In this document: piece after piece, positions 8,475-18,165 of the stretch | Position numbering within the stretch: the stretch's first letter is position 1 | How the letters are laid out: each line of letters begins with the position of its first letter | DNA from: Candidatus Micrarchaeota archaeon | GTDB lineage: Archaea; Micrarchaeota; Micrarchaeia; Norongarragalinales; Norongarragalinaceae | Assembly (NCBI GenBank): GCA_037444485.1 | Contig: JBBIMI010000008.1 | Coordinates: forward strand, 1-36,095 | Length of the DNA: 36,095 nucleotides | Reading direction: 5' to 3' | Position numbers and translations under genes: made by a program | Notes under the pieces: generated by a model | What the model was told of the DNA's origin: nothing | Databases searched by the model: none | Seen by the model: the letters and a program-made list of their open reading frames with translations, nothing else

Positions 8475-8631
8475 CGCCGGGACCGAGAAGCCCGCGGCTT
8501 CAACAACAAAAAGCCGTTTCGAACTCGGGAGGTCTTTCGACCACACGCTCAACGGTTTTTTCAGTGCGCCCAAAAAGAGGGCAACTGATAAAAAGCTCCA
8601 AGCGTGCGCATTACCACTCTGCCATCCCGGC
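8475..8631 (-). tRNA. tRNA-Ser(GGA) with two introns: 46 nt at 37/38 (8550-8595) and 29 nt at 59/60 (8489-8517)
   Basis: Acceptor GCCGGGA/TCCCGGC-G; anticodon stem CACGC/GCGTG; variable arm GGTC-GAAA-GACC; T-loop BHB TTCG/CGGG with inner CGGCTT/AAGCCG; 82-nt mature body. Confidence 0.9.
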
Positions 8632-8656
8632 GCGATTAAAATTTTGCGTTTTCTCG

Positions 8657-8667
8657 TTATAAAGCCT
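8657..8667 (-). promoter_or_regulatory. Probable TATA box for tRNA-Ser/rps13 operon
   Basis: CTTTATAA on minus strand about 30 nt upstream of tRNA-Ser. Confidence 0.45.
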
Positions 8668-8833
8668 TGCCAGAATTACAGAGCGAAAAGCTTCCTCGAG
8701 AAAAAGGCTTTTTCTTCTAGAAATATGTAGAAAAAGTATGCAGAAACTGGTTTAAAAACCCTTATTTTTAGAACGGCTTTACTACTAAAGTCGGTTTAGT
8801 AGCGTATATATTTGGAACGCCACTAAAGCAATT

Positions 8834-9077
8834 ATGGCTTTAGAACTCGTTAAACAATTCAACTTAAATAAAACTGAAACGATTTACGTCTTTAAAGGAA
8901 AGAAGAATCCTTTAGGCACCATAATTAGGCATCATAATAAAGTACCGCGATAAATATACGCCAAAATATACGCCAGCCCACTTTATGAAAGTAGGCACTT
9001 CAAAATCCGGAATTGCGTATCTGCACCATTCCCATTCTCAGTTGCATAACTTAAACAAAATAATTATTGATTTATAA
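8834..9077 (+). pseudogene. Possible decayed AT-rich gene fragment(s)
   Basis: 39-aa ORF 8834-8953 (MALELVKQFNLNKTETIYVFKGKKNPLGTIIRHHNKVPR) followed by a 12-bp tandem duplication and another short ORF; no recognised family. Confidence 0.25.
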
Positions 9078-9137
9078 ACTTGAGCCAACCTCGCTGCCGG
9101 CAAATTTTAATCCGAGAGTACGATTACCGATCGCCTC

Positions 9138-10055
9138 TTAAAAAGCGTGAATCACGCGCGTCACGTCGAACGCGATTCCGTTCCTGCGAGAAGCGATTTC
9201 CTCACTCGACAGCAATGCTTGCGCGAAGCAAACCAACTCGCCTTTTCCTGAAAGCACTTGAACGCTTTCGCCAGTCTTTATCCCCTCGTCCAGCAAAAGG
9301 ATTTCGGAAACCGCGAGGTTCGCGCCGGTTGAAATCGCGTGCAACGCCCCGTCACTGGCGACAACGCGCTTCAAGAAAACTGCTTTCTCTATTGGAAGAA
9401 CGACTTTCCGCAAGAGCTTGTCGTCACCCTCATTCTTCCAAAACCACGCGCGGTCCGCAAGGTCTTGAAGCGTGACGCACTGCCGTTCGCTGAAGCCAGC
9501 AGCGCTAACGCGGCGAAGTTCAAGCATTTCACTCTGCACTCCCAACACTTCGCCAAGGTCGAAAACAAGCTTGCGAACGTAAAAACCGCTTTCAACCTCG
9601 CAGGAAAACAAGGCATCCCGCCCATTAACCTCCAAAAGCTCGAGCGAGTAAACCTCGCGCATCCGCAGCCGCTTTACAACCGCGCTCTCGAGCGGAGGTG
9701 TTTGATATATCTTGCCGCGGAAGTGCGCGAGTGCCGCCAGCAAATTCTTTTCCGAAACCTTTTCTCCGAAACGCGCGACGCAAACATAACTTTTTCTCTG
9801 CTTGAGCATGAAGCCAGCTGCTTTGCAAGCATCTTCCAAAAGCACTGGAAGCACGCCGGAAACATTCGGGTCAAGAGTTCCAGAGTGCCCGGCTTTCTTG
9901 ACGCCGAGAATCCTGCGCACGAAAGCGCTTACTTCATGCGACGACGGCCCGCGCGGCTTGTCTAGAATTACTATTCCAAAACGCAGCAAGTCACACATGC
10001 TCCGCTCGCTTGGATTGACACCCAACCTTGCTTCCTCTGCACGCAACACTAACAT
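9138..10055 (-). CDS. cbf5: H/ACA RNP / tRNA pseudouridine synthase Cbf5 (TruB family)
   Basis: LDKPRGPSSHEV, GHSGTLDP catalytic Asp, IYQTPPLESAV, C-terminal PUA domain; follows cmk-L14e. Confidence 0.96.
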   Translation of the reverse strand: MLVLRAEEARLGVNPSERSMCDLLRFGIVILDKPRGPSSHEVSAFVRRILGVKKAGHSGTLDPNVSGVLPVLLEDACKAAGFMLKQRKSYVCVARFGEKVSEKNLLAALAHFRGKIYQTPPLESAVVKRLRMREVYSLELLEVNGRDALFSCEVESGFYVRKLVFDLGEVLGVQSEMLELRRVSAAGFSERQCVTLQDLADRAWFWKNEGDDKLLRKVVLPIEKAVFLKRVVASDGALHAISTGANLAVSEILLLDEGIKTGESVQVLSGKGELVCFAQALLSSEEIASRRNGIAFDVTRVIHAF

Positions 10056-10102
10056 TATTAAGATTGATGGCGGGCATTAAATTAAAAGCAAGAGGTTAAA
10101 TC

Positions 10103-10644
10103 ATGAAAACACAAACCATAACCTTGCGCGATGGAAGGCGCGTAAAACTGCGTGGACTCCGCGCGAACGAGAACGAGCGAATGCTGCGCGATTACATTAA
10201 TTCCTTAGTTAAAGAAAAAGCGTATCTGGTGAAGAACGAGTTGATTTCTTTAAAGAAACAGCGAGAGTGGTTGAAGAAAACTTTGGGTTACGTGCGTAAA
10301 GGAAACACGGTTTACTTAGGCGCTTTCTACGAAGGCAGGCTAGCGGGTTCTTGTGAAGCGCGCAGAGACTCTGGAATGATGCGGAGAAACGTCGAAATTG
10401 GTGTTAGCGTCTCAAAAAACTTCCGTCGAGCCGGTTTAGCATCGACGCTAAAATGAAGCGAGTAATTAGTTTAGTAAAGAAAAAATTGAAGCCGCGCATT
10501 ATTTACTTGAGGTGCTTGGAAGACAACAAACCGGCTAAAGCACTTTACGAAAAATTGGGTTTCCGTGAAGTTGCTCGCTTGCCAAAATGGTGTGACTATT
10601 ACAGCAAACTCCAAGACGTTATTTACATGGTTTTAATAAAATAG
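10103..10644 (+). CDS. GNAT N-acetyltransferase split into two frames (10103-10456 and 10453-10644)
   Basis: First half ends with motif A VSKNFRRAGLASTL; second half has motif B DNKPAKALYEKLGF; break at ctaaaatg. Confidence 0.8.
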
Positions 10645-10727
10645 TTTTATAAGAAAATAGTTTTAAGTTAATTAAGCCAAAATTTTCAGTAGGCTTTTAT
10701 TCGATTCGAATCCAATTCGGATTCGAT

Positions 10728-10895
10728 TCAATCAATAAACTCTAAATGCGCGATGTTGCAGCGTTTTTCCTTGCCCTTCTTGTCCTTCACTATTACGAAG
10801 TTCTTGTCAACGATTTTCGTGACGATAACCTCTTCACCTGCCTTCCGCCCTTTCGCGCGCACCGCCTTTTTTCCAACTTGAACAACTGAAGCCAT
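10728..10895 (-). CDS. rpl14e: 50S ribosomal protein eL14 (short, 55 aa; not in ORF track)
   Basis: MASVVQVGKKAVRAKGRKAGEEVIVTKIVDKNFVIVKDKKGKEKRCNIAHLEFID; SD GAGGTGA; follows cmk. Confidence 0.93.
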   Translation of the reverse strand: MASVVQVGKKAVRAKGRKAGEEVIVTKIVDKNFVIVKDKKGKEKRCNIAHLEFID

Positions 10896-10912
10896 TCAAT
10901 CACCTCTCCCCC

Positions 10913-11491
10913 TCATTTCATTATTTTAATTTTCATTATTTTAACAGCTGCCTCCACAATCTTGTCCGCAACTTGCCGCGCGTCGTTTTTCTCCACGTCG
11001 ATAACCAAATCAACCTTCGCTTTCGAAAAGTCTGCGATTCCGTAAGCCTTCCTGTAACGCACCTTATCTTTTGCGTCCCGCTCGCGCGTTTCCTCAAGCG
11101 CTTTGCGAAAACTCCCGCCTTCGCGTTCTTGAATGCGCTTCGCGCGCACTATGAGAGGCGCCGCAAGCCACACCTTCAAGTCGAAGTTGAAGCCGCCGCT
11201 CACGCCAGTTTTTTTCTTCACTTGCGGCGAGTCAAGCCACACCGCGAGCCGCGAGCCGAGAACACAATCTTTGTTCGCCGCCACCAACCGCGAGAGTTTC
11301 CTGTCGAGAGCGAAATCCATTTCAGGAAACTTTTTTTCAGCAAGCGCGTGAAACTTTTTGAATGGAACGCGTTTTTCTCGCGCCATATCGCGGAACGTGT
11401 AGTTGATGCGCTTCAACTTGAGTTTTCTCGCGACAAGCTTAGTAACCGTCGTGTTGCCGCAGCCGCTCAAGCCAGAAACAGCTATCCGCAA
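10913..11491 (-). CDS. cmk: Archaeal cytidylate kinase
   Basis: P-loop SGLSGCGNTT, FRDMARE, SRLAVW, RAKRIQERE; synteny L34e-cmk-L14e. Confidence 0.9.
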   Translation of the reverse strand: MRIAVSGLSGCGNTTVTKLVARKLKLKRINYTFRDMAREKRVPFKKFHALAEKKFPEMDFALDRKLSRLVAANKDCVLGSRLAVWLDSPQVKKKTGVSGGFNFDLKVWLAAPLIVRAKRIQEREGGSFRKALEETRERDAKDKVRYRKAYGIADFSKAKVDLVIDVEKNDARQVADKIVEAAVKIMKIKIMK

Positions 11492-11514
11492 CTCCGCGCT
11501 CGCCTCTTTTTTCT

Positions 11515-11841
11515 TCAGTCTTTAAGCGCTTGAACATACTTTAAACGCGTCAACGGAATTTCTTCCGCCTTAATCGCGCCTGACCGTAAACGCGTTTTGT
11601 CGATGATCACGCGTTGCGCGCAGTTCGCGCACAAGACGCCGCCGAACACGCGCTCGGGACGCTTTTTCGTCTTGGCGAGCTTGCGCAGTTCAGCGATTCG
11701 CTTGTTTGGAACTCCGTGCAAGAGCGCGCCGCACAATCCGCACGCCGCCTTGCCGGGCTTCCTGGCTTTAAATAACACAGTCTTCCTGCCGCTTACGCTC
11801 TTGCGGAAGAGTTTTCTTTTCCTTTGCAATGCGCGTCTCAA
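11515..11841 (-). CDS. rpl34e: 50S ribosomal protein eL34
   Basis: CGLCGALLHGVP, KRPERVFGGVLCANC. Confidence 0.96.
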   Translation of the reverse strand: MRRALQRKRKLFRKSVSGRKTVLFKARKPGKAACGLCGALLHGVPNKRIAELRKLAKTKKRPERVFGGVLCANCAQRVIIDKTRLRSGAIKAEEIPLTRLKYVQALKD

Positions 11842-11857
11842 AACAAAACACCTCTTT

Positions 11858-12397
11858 TTACTGCGCAGCTTGTTCTTGCTTCTGTTGTTGCTGTGGTTGT
11901 TGCTGCAGTTTTTGAAATATTTTTTTTTCGATTCTAGTAAAAACGAGTTCTACGAATAAACCGGCGAATACAGTCGCGTAGATGAACAAGCCGCGCGCGC
12001 CAAGCCAGTTTTTCCATGGTTGCCAGAACGCAATCGATGAAGGCACCGGGAACGGCATGTTTGTAAGAATGTAGTTTGAAAACAACGCTGGCAGGATGAA
12101 GTAAAAGATTACGAACCACAAGGGCAAGATTAACACCATCGTGCGCATTGGCAGGAGAGTCATTTGCTTCATGTGATCCATCATTTCCTTTTCACGCGCG
12201 CTCAACTCCTTGATTTTCGCTTCGTCCTTCCGCGCATAAGCGTCTTTCAACTCTTTCTGGTACTCGTTGACTTTCTTCTGTAAGTCTCTAACCTTGTCGC
12301 GGTGTCCGATTTTCTTGTTCAAGTAGTAAGAAAAGAAGGCGAACGCTATCGCGAAAACGATTATTTCGATAGTTTCGACTTCACTCAAGTAAATCAC
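11858..12397 (-). CDS. DUF106 / EMC3-TMCO1 family (Oxa1 superfamily) membrane protein
   Basis: TM-coiled coil-TM-TM layout; conserved position between secY and L34e. Confidence 0.88.
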   Translation of the reverse strand: MIYLSEVETIEIIVFAIAFAFFSYYLNKKIGHRDKVRDLQKKVNEYQKELKDAYARKDEAKIKELSAREKEMMDHMKQMTLLPMRTMVLILPLWFVIFYFILPALFSNYILTNMPFPVPSSIAFWQPWKNWLGARGLFIYATVFAGLFVELVFTRIEKKIFQKLQQQPQQQQKQEQAAQ

Positions 12398-12445
12398 TCA
12401 AGTAAAACGCGTTCTCTCCGACAACCATTAATTGTTTAACGTTGT

Positions 12446-13879
12446 TCAACGCACTAGCTGCTTTAGTGCTGGATACATTTCGAATAATTGTTGCTGCGCA
12501 AGGTCCTCGTAAAAGCGGTAGATTATTCCGACAGTCAAGAGAATGCCTGTGCCTGTGCCTAACGCGCCAGTAATGTCTGCAAACCAAGCTAGGACGCCAA
12601 CGAAAACACTCCCCAAAATCGTTATTACTGGAATATAGCGTTCAAGAATCTTTTGCGTAATGCGCGGGTCCTGCCTGAATCCCGGAATCTGTAGTCCAGC
12701 GCGTTCGAGTTGCGCCGCGACGTCGGCAGCGCCCATTCCAGTGCTCTCAATCCAAAACCATCCGAAAATAACGCATAGAATCACGAGGGCGATTCCGTAA
12801 ACGAGAATGTGCAGCAACTCGTTCGGCTGCGTTACGAGCTGCAAGTACGCCGGGTAACCGCCGGGAACCAGTAACGGCGACGGCAGCGCGGTAATATAGT
12901 AAACTGGTCCTGCGACCGGCTGGTTGTTTTGGTAAGTGCCGAAAAAACTTTGCTTCAAGCCAGGCGTGCCTGGAACCGGAGTCGCGGTAAACAATCCCAT
13001 TAGTTGAAAATTCAGCAAAACAGCGCTCGCGAGAATTACTGGAATGTTGCTCACATACAAAAACTTTATTGGGTAACGTGCACCTAACCCACGCGCTCGA
13101 CCGTACGCGAGTGGGAGTTCTATCTTCATTCCCTCGACGTACACCACTACCATGAAAACTATTATTGTGAAGAGAATTGGCGCGAAGTTCCAAACCGCAT
13201 TCGCAACGTCGCCGCTAGCAATCAAGTAAAAAGCGTTGGGAATTAGTCCTTGCGGTATTCCGGTAGCGCCTGGCGCGAGGCTGAACGCGCCGACAAAAAC
13301 AGTTTGGCTCACACCTGCTGCGATGAACAGCGAGATTCCGGAGCCTATTCCGTACTTCTGCACCACCTCGTCTAGGTACAACAAGATGATAGAACCTGCC
13401 GCGAGTTGCAGGACGAGAAGGAATTGAGTCAAGAAAAACGAGCCGAGAATCGTATTCGCTGTAGAAGCAGGCAAGTAACCGGAAAACACGTATACTCCGG
13501 CTTCAAAGAAGCTCAACGCAATCGACAAGAGTTTTTGAAGCCCTTGAAACGCTTTCTTGTGTTCTGGATTACTCAAATCAAGGGAAACGAGTTTCGCGCC
13601 TACAGCAAGCTGGAGGAAAATGCTTGCGAGCACGATGGGACCGATGCCGGTTGTAATGAGTGTTCCAGTCTTGCTTCCCAACAAAATGTCAAGGCGTTCA
13701 AACTGCGTCAAGCGCGACGCGTCGACGCCGATCGGGTAAATCTGGCCTAGAACGAAGAACAAGAGTAGTGCAGTGATCGTCCAACCAAGTTTTTCCTTCA
13801 ATCCCGGAATCCGTTGCGGGCGCTTTACTTCAGGCAGGATTGACAGTAAAGGCTTTAACGCGTTTAACAAAACAATCAA
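12446..13879 (-). CDS. secY: Preprotein translocase SecY
   Basis: GIGPIVLASI, LDEVVQKYGIGSGISLFIAAGV, YPIKFLYVSNIPVIL, IPGFR, GTGTGILL. Confidence 0.99.
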   Translation of the reverse strand: MIVLLNALKPLLSILPEVKRPQRIPGLKEKLGWTITALLLFFVLGQIYPIGVDASRLTQFERLDILLGSKTGTLITTGIGPIVLASIFLQLAVGAKLVSLDLSNPEHKKAFQGLQKLLSIALSFFEAGVYVFSGYLPASTANTILGSFFLTQFLLVLQLAAGSIILLYLDEVVQKYGIGSGISLFIAAGVSQTVFVGAFSLAPGATGIPQGLIPNAFYLIASGDVANAVWNFAPILFTIIVFMVVVYVEGMKIELPLAYGRARGLGARYPIKFLYVSNIPVILASAVLLNFQLMGLFTATPVPGTPGLKQSFFGTYQNNQPVAGPVYYITALPSPLLVPGGYPAYLQLVTQPNELLHILVYGIALVILCVIFGWFWIESTGMGAADVAAQLERAGLQIPGFRQDPRITQKILERYIPVITILGSVFVGVLAWFADITGALGTGTGILLTVGIIYRFYEDLAQQQLFEMYPALKQLVR

Positions 13880-13903
13880 TCCTCACTAATCAATCCTCTT
13901 CAC

Positions 13904-14332
13904 TCACACGATACTAACAGTTCCGCCCGCAGCCGTTATTTTCTCGACAGCCTTTTTCGAAAAACCTGACGCGCGCACCGCAAGCTTTACAGTCACTCTA
14001 CCTGAAGACAATACCTTGAACCCCTCCAAGTTTATAGAGTAAACGCCTTGCGCGTCTGGTTTGAACTCGCCTGCCGCGATTTTTTTGTTCAACTGTTTTA
14101 ATGAAATCTCGTTGAGCGTCTTGCGCGTCGGATTGAAAAAACCCTTGTTCCCGCGCTCCCGCTGACTCGTTCCCTCGAACTTGATTGTGTGAAGCCACTT
14201 GTGCTTATGAAAACCAGCTCTCCCCACGCCGCCGCGGTTGCCTTTCCCACGCCTATTCTTCGCGTTACCCCCGCCGAAACTGCGGTTGCCTAAATAACGC
14301 TTTCTCTTCTTGCTTTTTATCCGCCTAGCCAT
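13904..14332 (-). CDS. rpl15: 50S ribosomal protein uL15
   Basis: RRGKGNRGGVGRAGFHKHKW, FSKKAVEKITAAGG. Confidence 0.97.
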   Translation of the reverse strand: MARRIKSKKRKRYLGNRSFGGGNAKNRRGKGNRGGVGRAGFHKHKWLHTIKFEGTSQRERGNKGFFNPTRKTLNEISLKQLNKKIAAGEFKPDAQGVYSINLEGFKVLSSGRVTVKLAVRASGFSKKAVEKITAAGGTVSIV

Positions 14333-14368
14333 TCTACATGAACCACTCTCAACCCATTTTAATGCAAT

Positions 14369-14761
14369 TCATTTAATGTTGATTGGAAGCATTGCTTTAA
14401 GCAAGTCGTTAATTGCCTTGCCGCGGTAGCCGAGAGCTCCCTTCGGAAAACGCTTTTTAATTCCGCCCTTTAATCCCTTGCGAGGAGGCTGCAGCCGAAA
14501 AACCTTTCTGCTTCCCTGAAGCGCTTTAACTTTTTCTAGCAACGCGATAGTCTCGTCATCAACTTCACCCCAAGTCACGTAATCGCCGGTTTTCTTCAAC
14601 ATGCTTTTCGCTTTGTCAGCGTTTACGAGAACACAATGGTTTTTACGCGTCAAACCCAATTGCTTTAAAGCGCGTTCAACGTCGCTCCTAACACCCACCC
14701 TACCGCGAACGCGGATTACTGCAAGCAAACAATCTTTGTTTCCGCTTTTTTCTTTATCCAT
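14369..14761 (-). CDS. rpl30: 50S ribosomal protein uL30
   Basis: LAVIRVRG, DYVTWGE, FRLQPPRKG, GALGYRG. Confidence 0.96.
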   Translation of the reverse strand: MDKEKSGNKDCLLAVIRVRGRVGVRSDVERALKQLGLTRKNHCVLVNADKAKSMLKKTGDYVTWGEVDDETIALLEKVKALQGSRKVFRLQPPRKGLKGGIKKRFPKGALGYRGKAINDLLKAMLPINIK

Positions 14762-14823
14762 AACGAAAACCAAAAATTTTTCGATAAAGTTTCGATAAAT
14801 TAAGAAATTAAGAAAAATAATTT

Positions 14824-15525
14824 TTAAACGCTTTCCGCCCCCGCTTCTTTAACGCTCGCTTCTTTAACGCTTTCACTCACGCTTTCGCTTGCACCTTCTC
14901 CGCTTTCCTTACCTTTCTTTAAATGGTTGAGCGAGTCAAGCGCGTTTATCGTGGCGAGAACTATATTCAGAATGTTTCTCGTTCTCCCTCGGCTGAAAGT
15001 CCAAGCGTCTTCAACGCCGGCGAACTCGAGCACTTTCTTAGCGATTTCGCCAGCGACTAAGCCCACGCCCCGCGGCGCTGGCTTGATGAGAATCTTAGTG
15101 CTTCCATTGCTTCCGCGCACTTCCTGAGGCAACGAGTGAGGCAAACCGCATCCACACTCCCACGAACCGCAACCCAAACTTACTTTAATCAAGTGTTTTT
15201 TCGCATCGAGGATCGCTTCCTCAATCGCGTCCCTGCTTTCGAAAGCCTTGCCCACACCAACGCCTACAAAGCCGCTGCTTCCGAGCAAGACGACCGCGCG
15301 CATCAATTGTTTTCTCCCGCTTCCACTCATTCTCTGCGTGCTCGTGACTTCAAGCACTTCCTCTTTCTTTTGTCCCTTCAACAAAAAATCGATTATTTGC
15401 GGTTCCAACACTTTCTTCCCGGCAGCTAGTACTTCCTCGAGCGAAGTTATTTCGCCTGCCAAAACCTTTTTTCCTAAAACAGTTTTAGGAACCCATTCCC
15501 CATCGTTTCTATTTGTTTGAACCAT
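14824..15525 (-). CDS. rps5: 30S ribosomal protein uS5
   Basis: WVPKTVLGK, GCGSWECGC, PAPRGVGLVAG. Confidence 0.98.
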   Translation of the reverse strand: MVQTNRNDGEWVPKTVLGKKVLAGEITSLEEVLAAGKKVLEPQIIDFLLKGQKKEEVLEVTSTQRMSGSGRKQLMRAVVLLGSSGFVGVGVGKAFESRDAIEEAILDAKKHLIKVSLGCGSWECGCGLPHSLPQEVRGSNGSTKILIKPAPRGVGLVAGEIAKKVLEFAGVEDAWTFSRGRTRNILNIVLATINALDSLNHLKKGKESGEGASESVSESVKEASVKEAGAESV

Positions 15526-15531
15526 TTCACT

Positions 15532-16035
15532 TCAACCTGCAAGAATTTTTTGCTTCACTTCAAGAAAACTTTTTTGAACAGCTTCAGCCAAATGCTTTCC
15601 TTCAATGCGTTCTGCGCTCGGCATGATTTCTTCAGCGAAATTAGTTGCAAGCCCGGCGTCCACCGCGCCCTTCAAAGCAGCGAACAAAATGCTTCCCTTT
15701 GAAGCAGAATGCAGTCCAGCGTCTAAAACGAATTTTTTCACGCCTTTCGCTAGCGCGCGTTTGCCAGCAAGCAAGCCAGTCAAGTACGCTGAAGGCGTGT
15801 TGCACTTTCCCGCAAAACCTGACTTCCGCAACTCGCGCGAGCAAGCAGCCGCTATTGTTTTGTCGCCTTTCTCGCCGAATTCCACGAATTGAACGTAGAA
15901 AAACCTGTTTGACTTTCGCGCGACCAGCCGCGGTAAACGACTTTTCAACAATGCCAAGCGTTTTTTGTAATTCGTCTTAAACAGCCTGCGTCTCTTGAAG
16001 TGAACCACGTACAACGCTTGCTTAGCTCTCTTCAT
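15532..16035 (-). CDS. rpl18: 50S ribosomal protein uL18
   Basis: KTNYKKRLALLKS, RLVARKSN, NTPSAYLTG, KGAVDAGL. Confidence 0.97.
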   Translation of the reverse strand: MKRAKQALYVVHFKRRRLFKTNYKKRLALLKSRLPRLVARKSNRFFYVQFVEFGEKGDKTIAAACSRELRKSGFAGKCNTPSAYLTGLLAGKRALAKGVKKFVLDAGLHSASKGSILFAALKGAVDAGLATNFAEEIMPSAERIEGKHLAEAVQKSFLEVKQKILAG

Positions 16036-16172
16036 TTCAAACCACTACCGCAACACCTTACTTACCACAACACCTAAAACCAATCACAACACCCTAAAAC
16101 AACAACATAAACAACAATGCCGTAAAAACAATGCTTGAAAAAACCCAAGATTTTTTTACTTGAATGCTTTAT

Positions 16173-16601
16173 TTACTTGAATGCTTTATTTTCGCGCAAG
16201 TACTGTAAAAGCTGCGCTTTAGACTTGAAGTAGCCTCCCTTGATTTTCAAGTAAGCGTTTCTATAGTAACCTTTTTTCAGGGAAGGCTTTAACGCGGAAA
16301 GCGCGCGCCTCATGCCGCGCGTCAACGAAACCCATTTCTTTTTTTCCTTCGCTTTCCTTCCGCCTTTTCTGCTACCGTGTTGCCTGCGTCTTCCAGAATG
16401 CAGGCGCGCTTGCTTGAAGCGTGCTTTCGCGCGGCCTACGCCGACGCGTTGCTCTCCAACTATCACGCCTTCGGAAATCAGCGAACGCACGTCGTCACCA
16501 GTCAATGCTTCCCCAGCGCGTTTCGCGTCCAGGATTTTAATGTGGCTCTCGCCGACTCCAAGCAGTCTAGACGCCAAACGCCTTACTGTTTTCAAAGACA
16601 A
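16173..16601 (-). CDS. rpl19e: 50S ribosomal protein eL19
   Basis: RRLASRLLGVG, GRRRQHGSRKG, YLKIKGGYFKS. Confidence 0.96.
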   Translation of the reverse strand: MSLKTVRRLASRLLGVGESHIKILDAKRAGEALTGDDVRSLISEGVIVGEQRVGVGRAKARFKQARLHSGRRRQHGSRKGGRKAKEKKKWVSLTRGMRRALSALKPSLKKGYYRNAYLKIKGGYFKSKAQLLQYLRENKAFK

Positions 16602-16673
16602 TCTTCATCAACCTTCTTCAAAAATGCAATTCTTCAAAGAATCCAAAAAATTCAAAAATACAAAATTTAGCCT

Positions 16674-17003
16674 TTAAAGGACTTTCAAGCCGAGTTCAGC
16701 TGCTTTCTTTAAAATTGCTTGCCTTTTCTTTAACCCGACGCCAGCGGCAATCCGCACCGCCTGCGTTCGCGCGTCAACTTGCGCCAATTGCTTTTCGTTG
16801 AAAACCAACTTCTCGAAAAAACCGCTTGGATGCAGCCCGCGAGCGGCTTTCGGCGAGCGCCAGCCTACGCTTGGAAGCGCGCCAGCGCTTTTCAATTTTA
16901 AGCGCTGCTTGTTGTCTATACCTCGCGGTCTTCTCCACGAGAGTCCAACGCGTTTTTTCACTGCGGCGTTCTGCCGTTGAAACTTTGGGTGTTTTCTCCC
17001 CAT
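16674..17003 (-). CDS. rpl32e: 50S ribosomal protein eL32
   Basis: PKFQRQ, WRRPRGIDNKQR, RGLHPSG. Confidence 0.97.
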   Translation of the reverse strand: MGRKHPKFQRQNAAVKKRVGLSWRRPRGIDNKQRLKLKSAGALPSVGWRSPKAARGLHPSGFFEKLVFNEKQLAQVDARTQAVRIAAGVGLKKRQAILKKAAELGLKVL

Positions 17004-17060
17004 TTTATTCTCAACTCAAATTCTTGCATAATTTTTTCCCATTGATTTCTATGAGCATTT

Positions 17061-17594
17061 TTACGGGTAGTATATTCCGTCTTGAAAGACGCGTTCGTCG
17101 CGCGCCTTGATTTTCGTTGCTTTCACGATGTTTGAAGCTGTTTGACCAACTGCCTCCTTGTCGCTTCCCTTTACTATTATTTCTTGGCCTGACACTGAAA
17201 CGCTTGTTGTTCCAACAATTTTGGCCTTCCTCGGCTTTTTTTCTCCCAAAAAGTTTTTGATGATTACTTCCCTTTCCTTGACTTCGATCCCGATGGGAAA
17301 GTGAGCGAACACTACTTGCAGTTTCTTTTCAAAAGGCGCGTGCACGCCGGCGATCATGTTACGCACGTGCGCTTCCAACGCTTTCTTTGCGGCTAGAACG
17401 CGGCGCGTTTCACGCGTTTCCGCAGCGGTTTTTACTTCAAAATCGTTTCCTGACGCGCTTGGTTTAAGAATTTTTTCATTGAATTTTTTTTCAAGCGAAC
17501 CGCTCGGCCCAGATACTTTCACGGTTCCGCCTACGACTTCGATTTTCGTGTCTTCAGGAAACTTCAAATCCAACACCTTTACGGTTTCAAACAC
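17061..17594 (-). CDS. rpl6: 50S ribosomal protein uL6
   Basis: AHFPI, NFLGEK, VGQTASNI, RVFQDGIY. Confidence 0.97.
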   Translation of the reverse strand: MFETVKVLDLKFPEDTKIEVVGGTVKVSGPSGSLEKKFNEKILKPSASGNDFEVKTAAETRETRRVLAAKKALEAHVRNMIAGVHAPFEKKLQVVFAHFPIGIEVKEREVIIKNFLGEKKPRKAKIVGTTSVSVSGQEIIVKGSDKEAVGQTASNIVKATKIKARDERVFQDGIYYP

Positions 17595-17706
17595 TTTTTT
17601 CAGCTTTTTTTCAATTCGATTTGAATTCTGGTTCCAGATTTCGATTTTTGCTAAATTTTTGATTTTTGCTCGATTTTCGATTTTTGAGTCTTAAATTCGT
17701 GGTTTT

Positions 17707-18090
17707 TCAGTAAACGTAGCACAATAGCCTGCCGCCGGAGTTTTCTTTCTTCGCTTGAACGTGCGTTTTTAAGCCGTCCGGCGTGGAAACAATTATGAGG
17801 CCCACGTTTTTGGCGGGGAGAAAGCGTTGTTCATACTTTTCCCAATCGCTTGCTTTTACTGAAAAACGCGGTTTTATAATCCTGCAGTCGTTAATCTTCC
17901 CAAAAAGTTTTACTACGAATTCCCCGCTCTTGCCGTCGTCGATGAACTCGAACTCGCCCACAAAACCGTTCGCCTGCAGTATAGAGAGCACCTCGCGAAT
18001 CAACTTCGAGCCCGGCTTTATACGCGCTTCAGGCCTGCCTTTAACTTCAGCGACTTTAATCGAGTTTAAAGCGTTTGCAAGCGAATCCAT
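17707..18090 (-). CDS. rps8: 30S ribosomal protein uS8
   Basis: DSLANAL, IDDGKSG, IKPRF, GGRLLCYVY. Confidence 0.98.
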   Translation of the reverse strand: MDSLANALNSIKVAEVKGRPEARIKPGSKLIREVLSILQANGFVGEFEFIDDGKSGEFVVKLFGKINDCRIIKPRFSVKASDWEKYEQRFLPAKNVGLIIVSTPDGLKTHVQAKKENSGGRLLCYVY

Positions 18091-18165
18091 TTTTTATTAC
18101 CCCACGAACTGTTTTTTTTAACAAATTGTTTTCTAATGATTGTTTTTCACGCTAACGATTGTTTT

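Noticed and set aside
8430..8573. N-terminal extension of the S13 ORF
   Set aside because: Overlaps tRNA-Ser; real start is downstream
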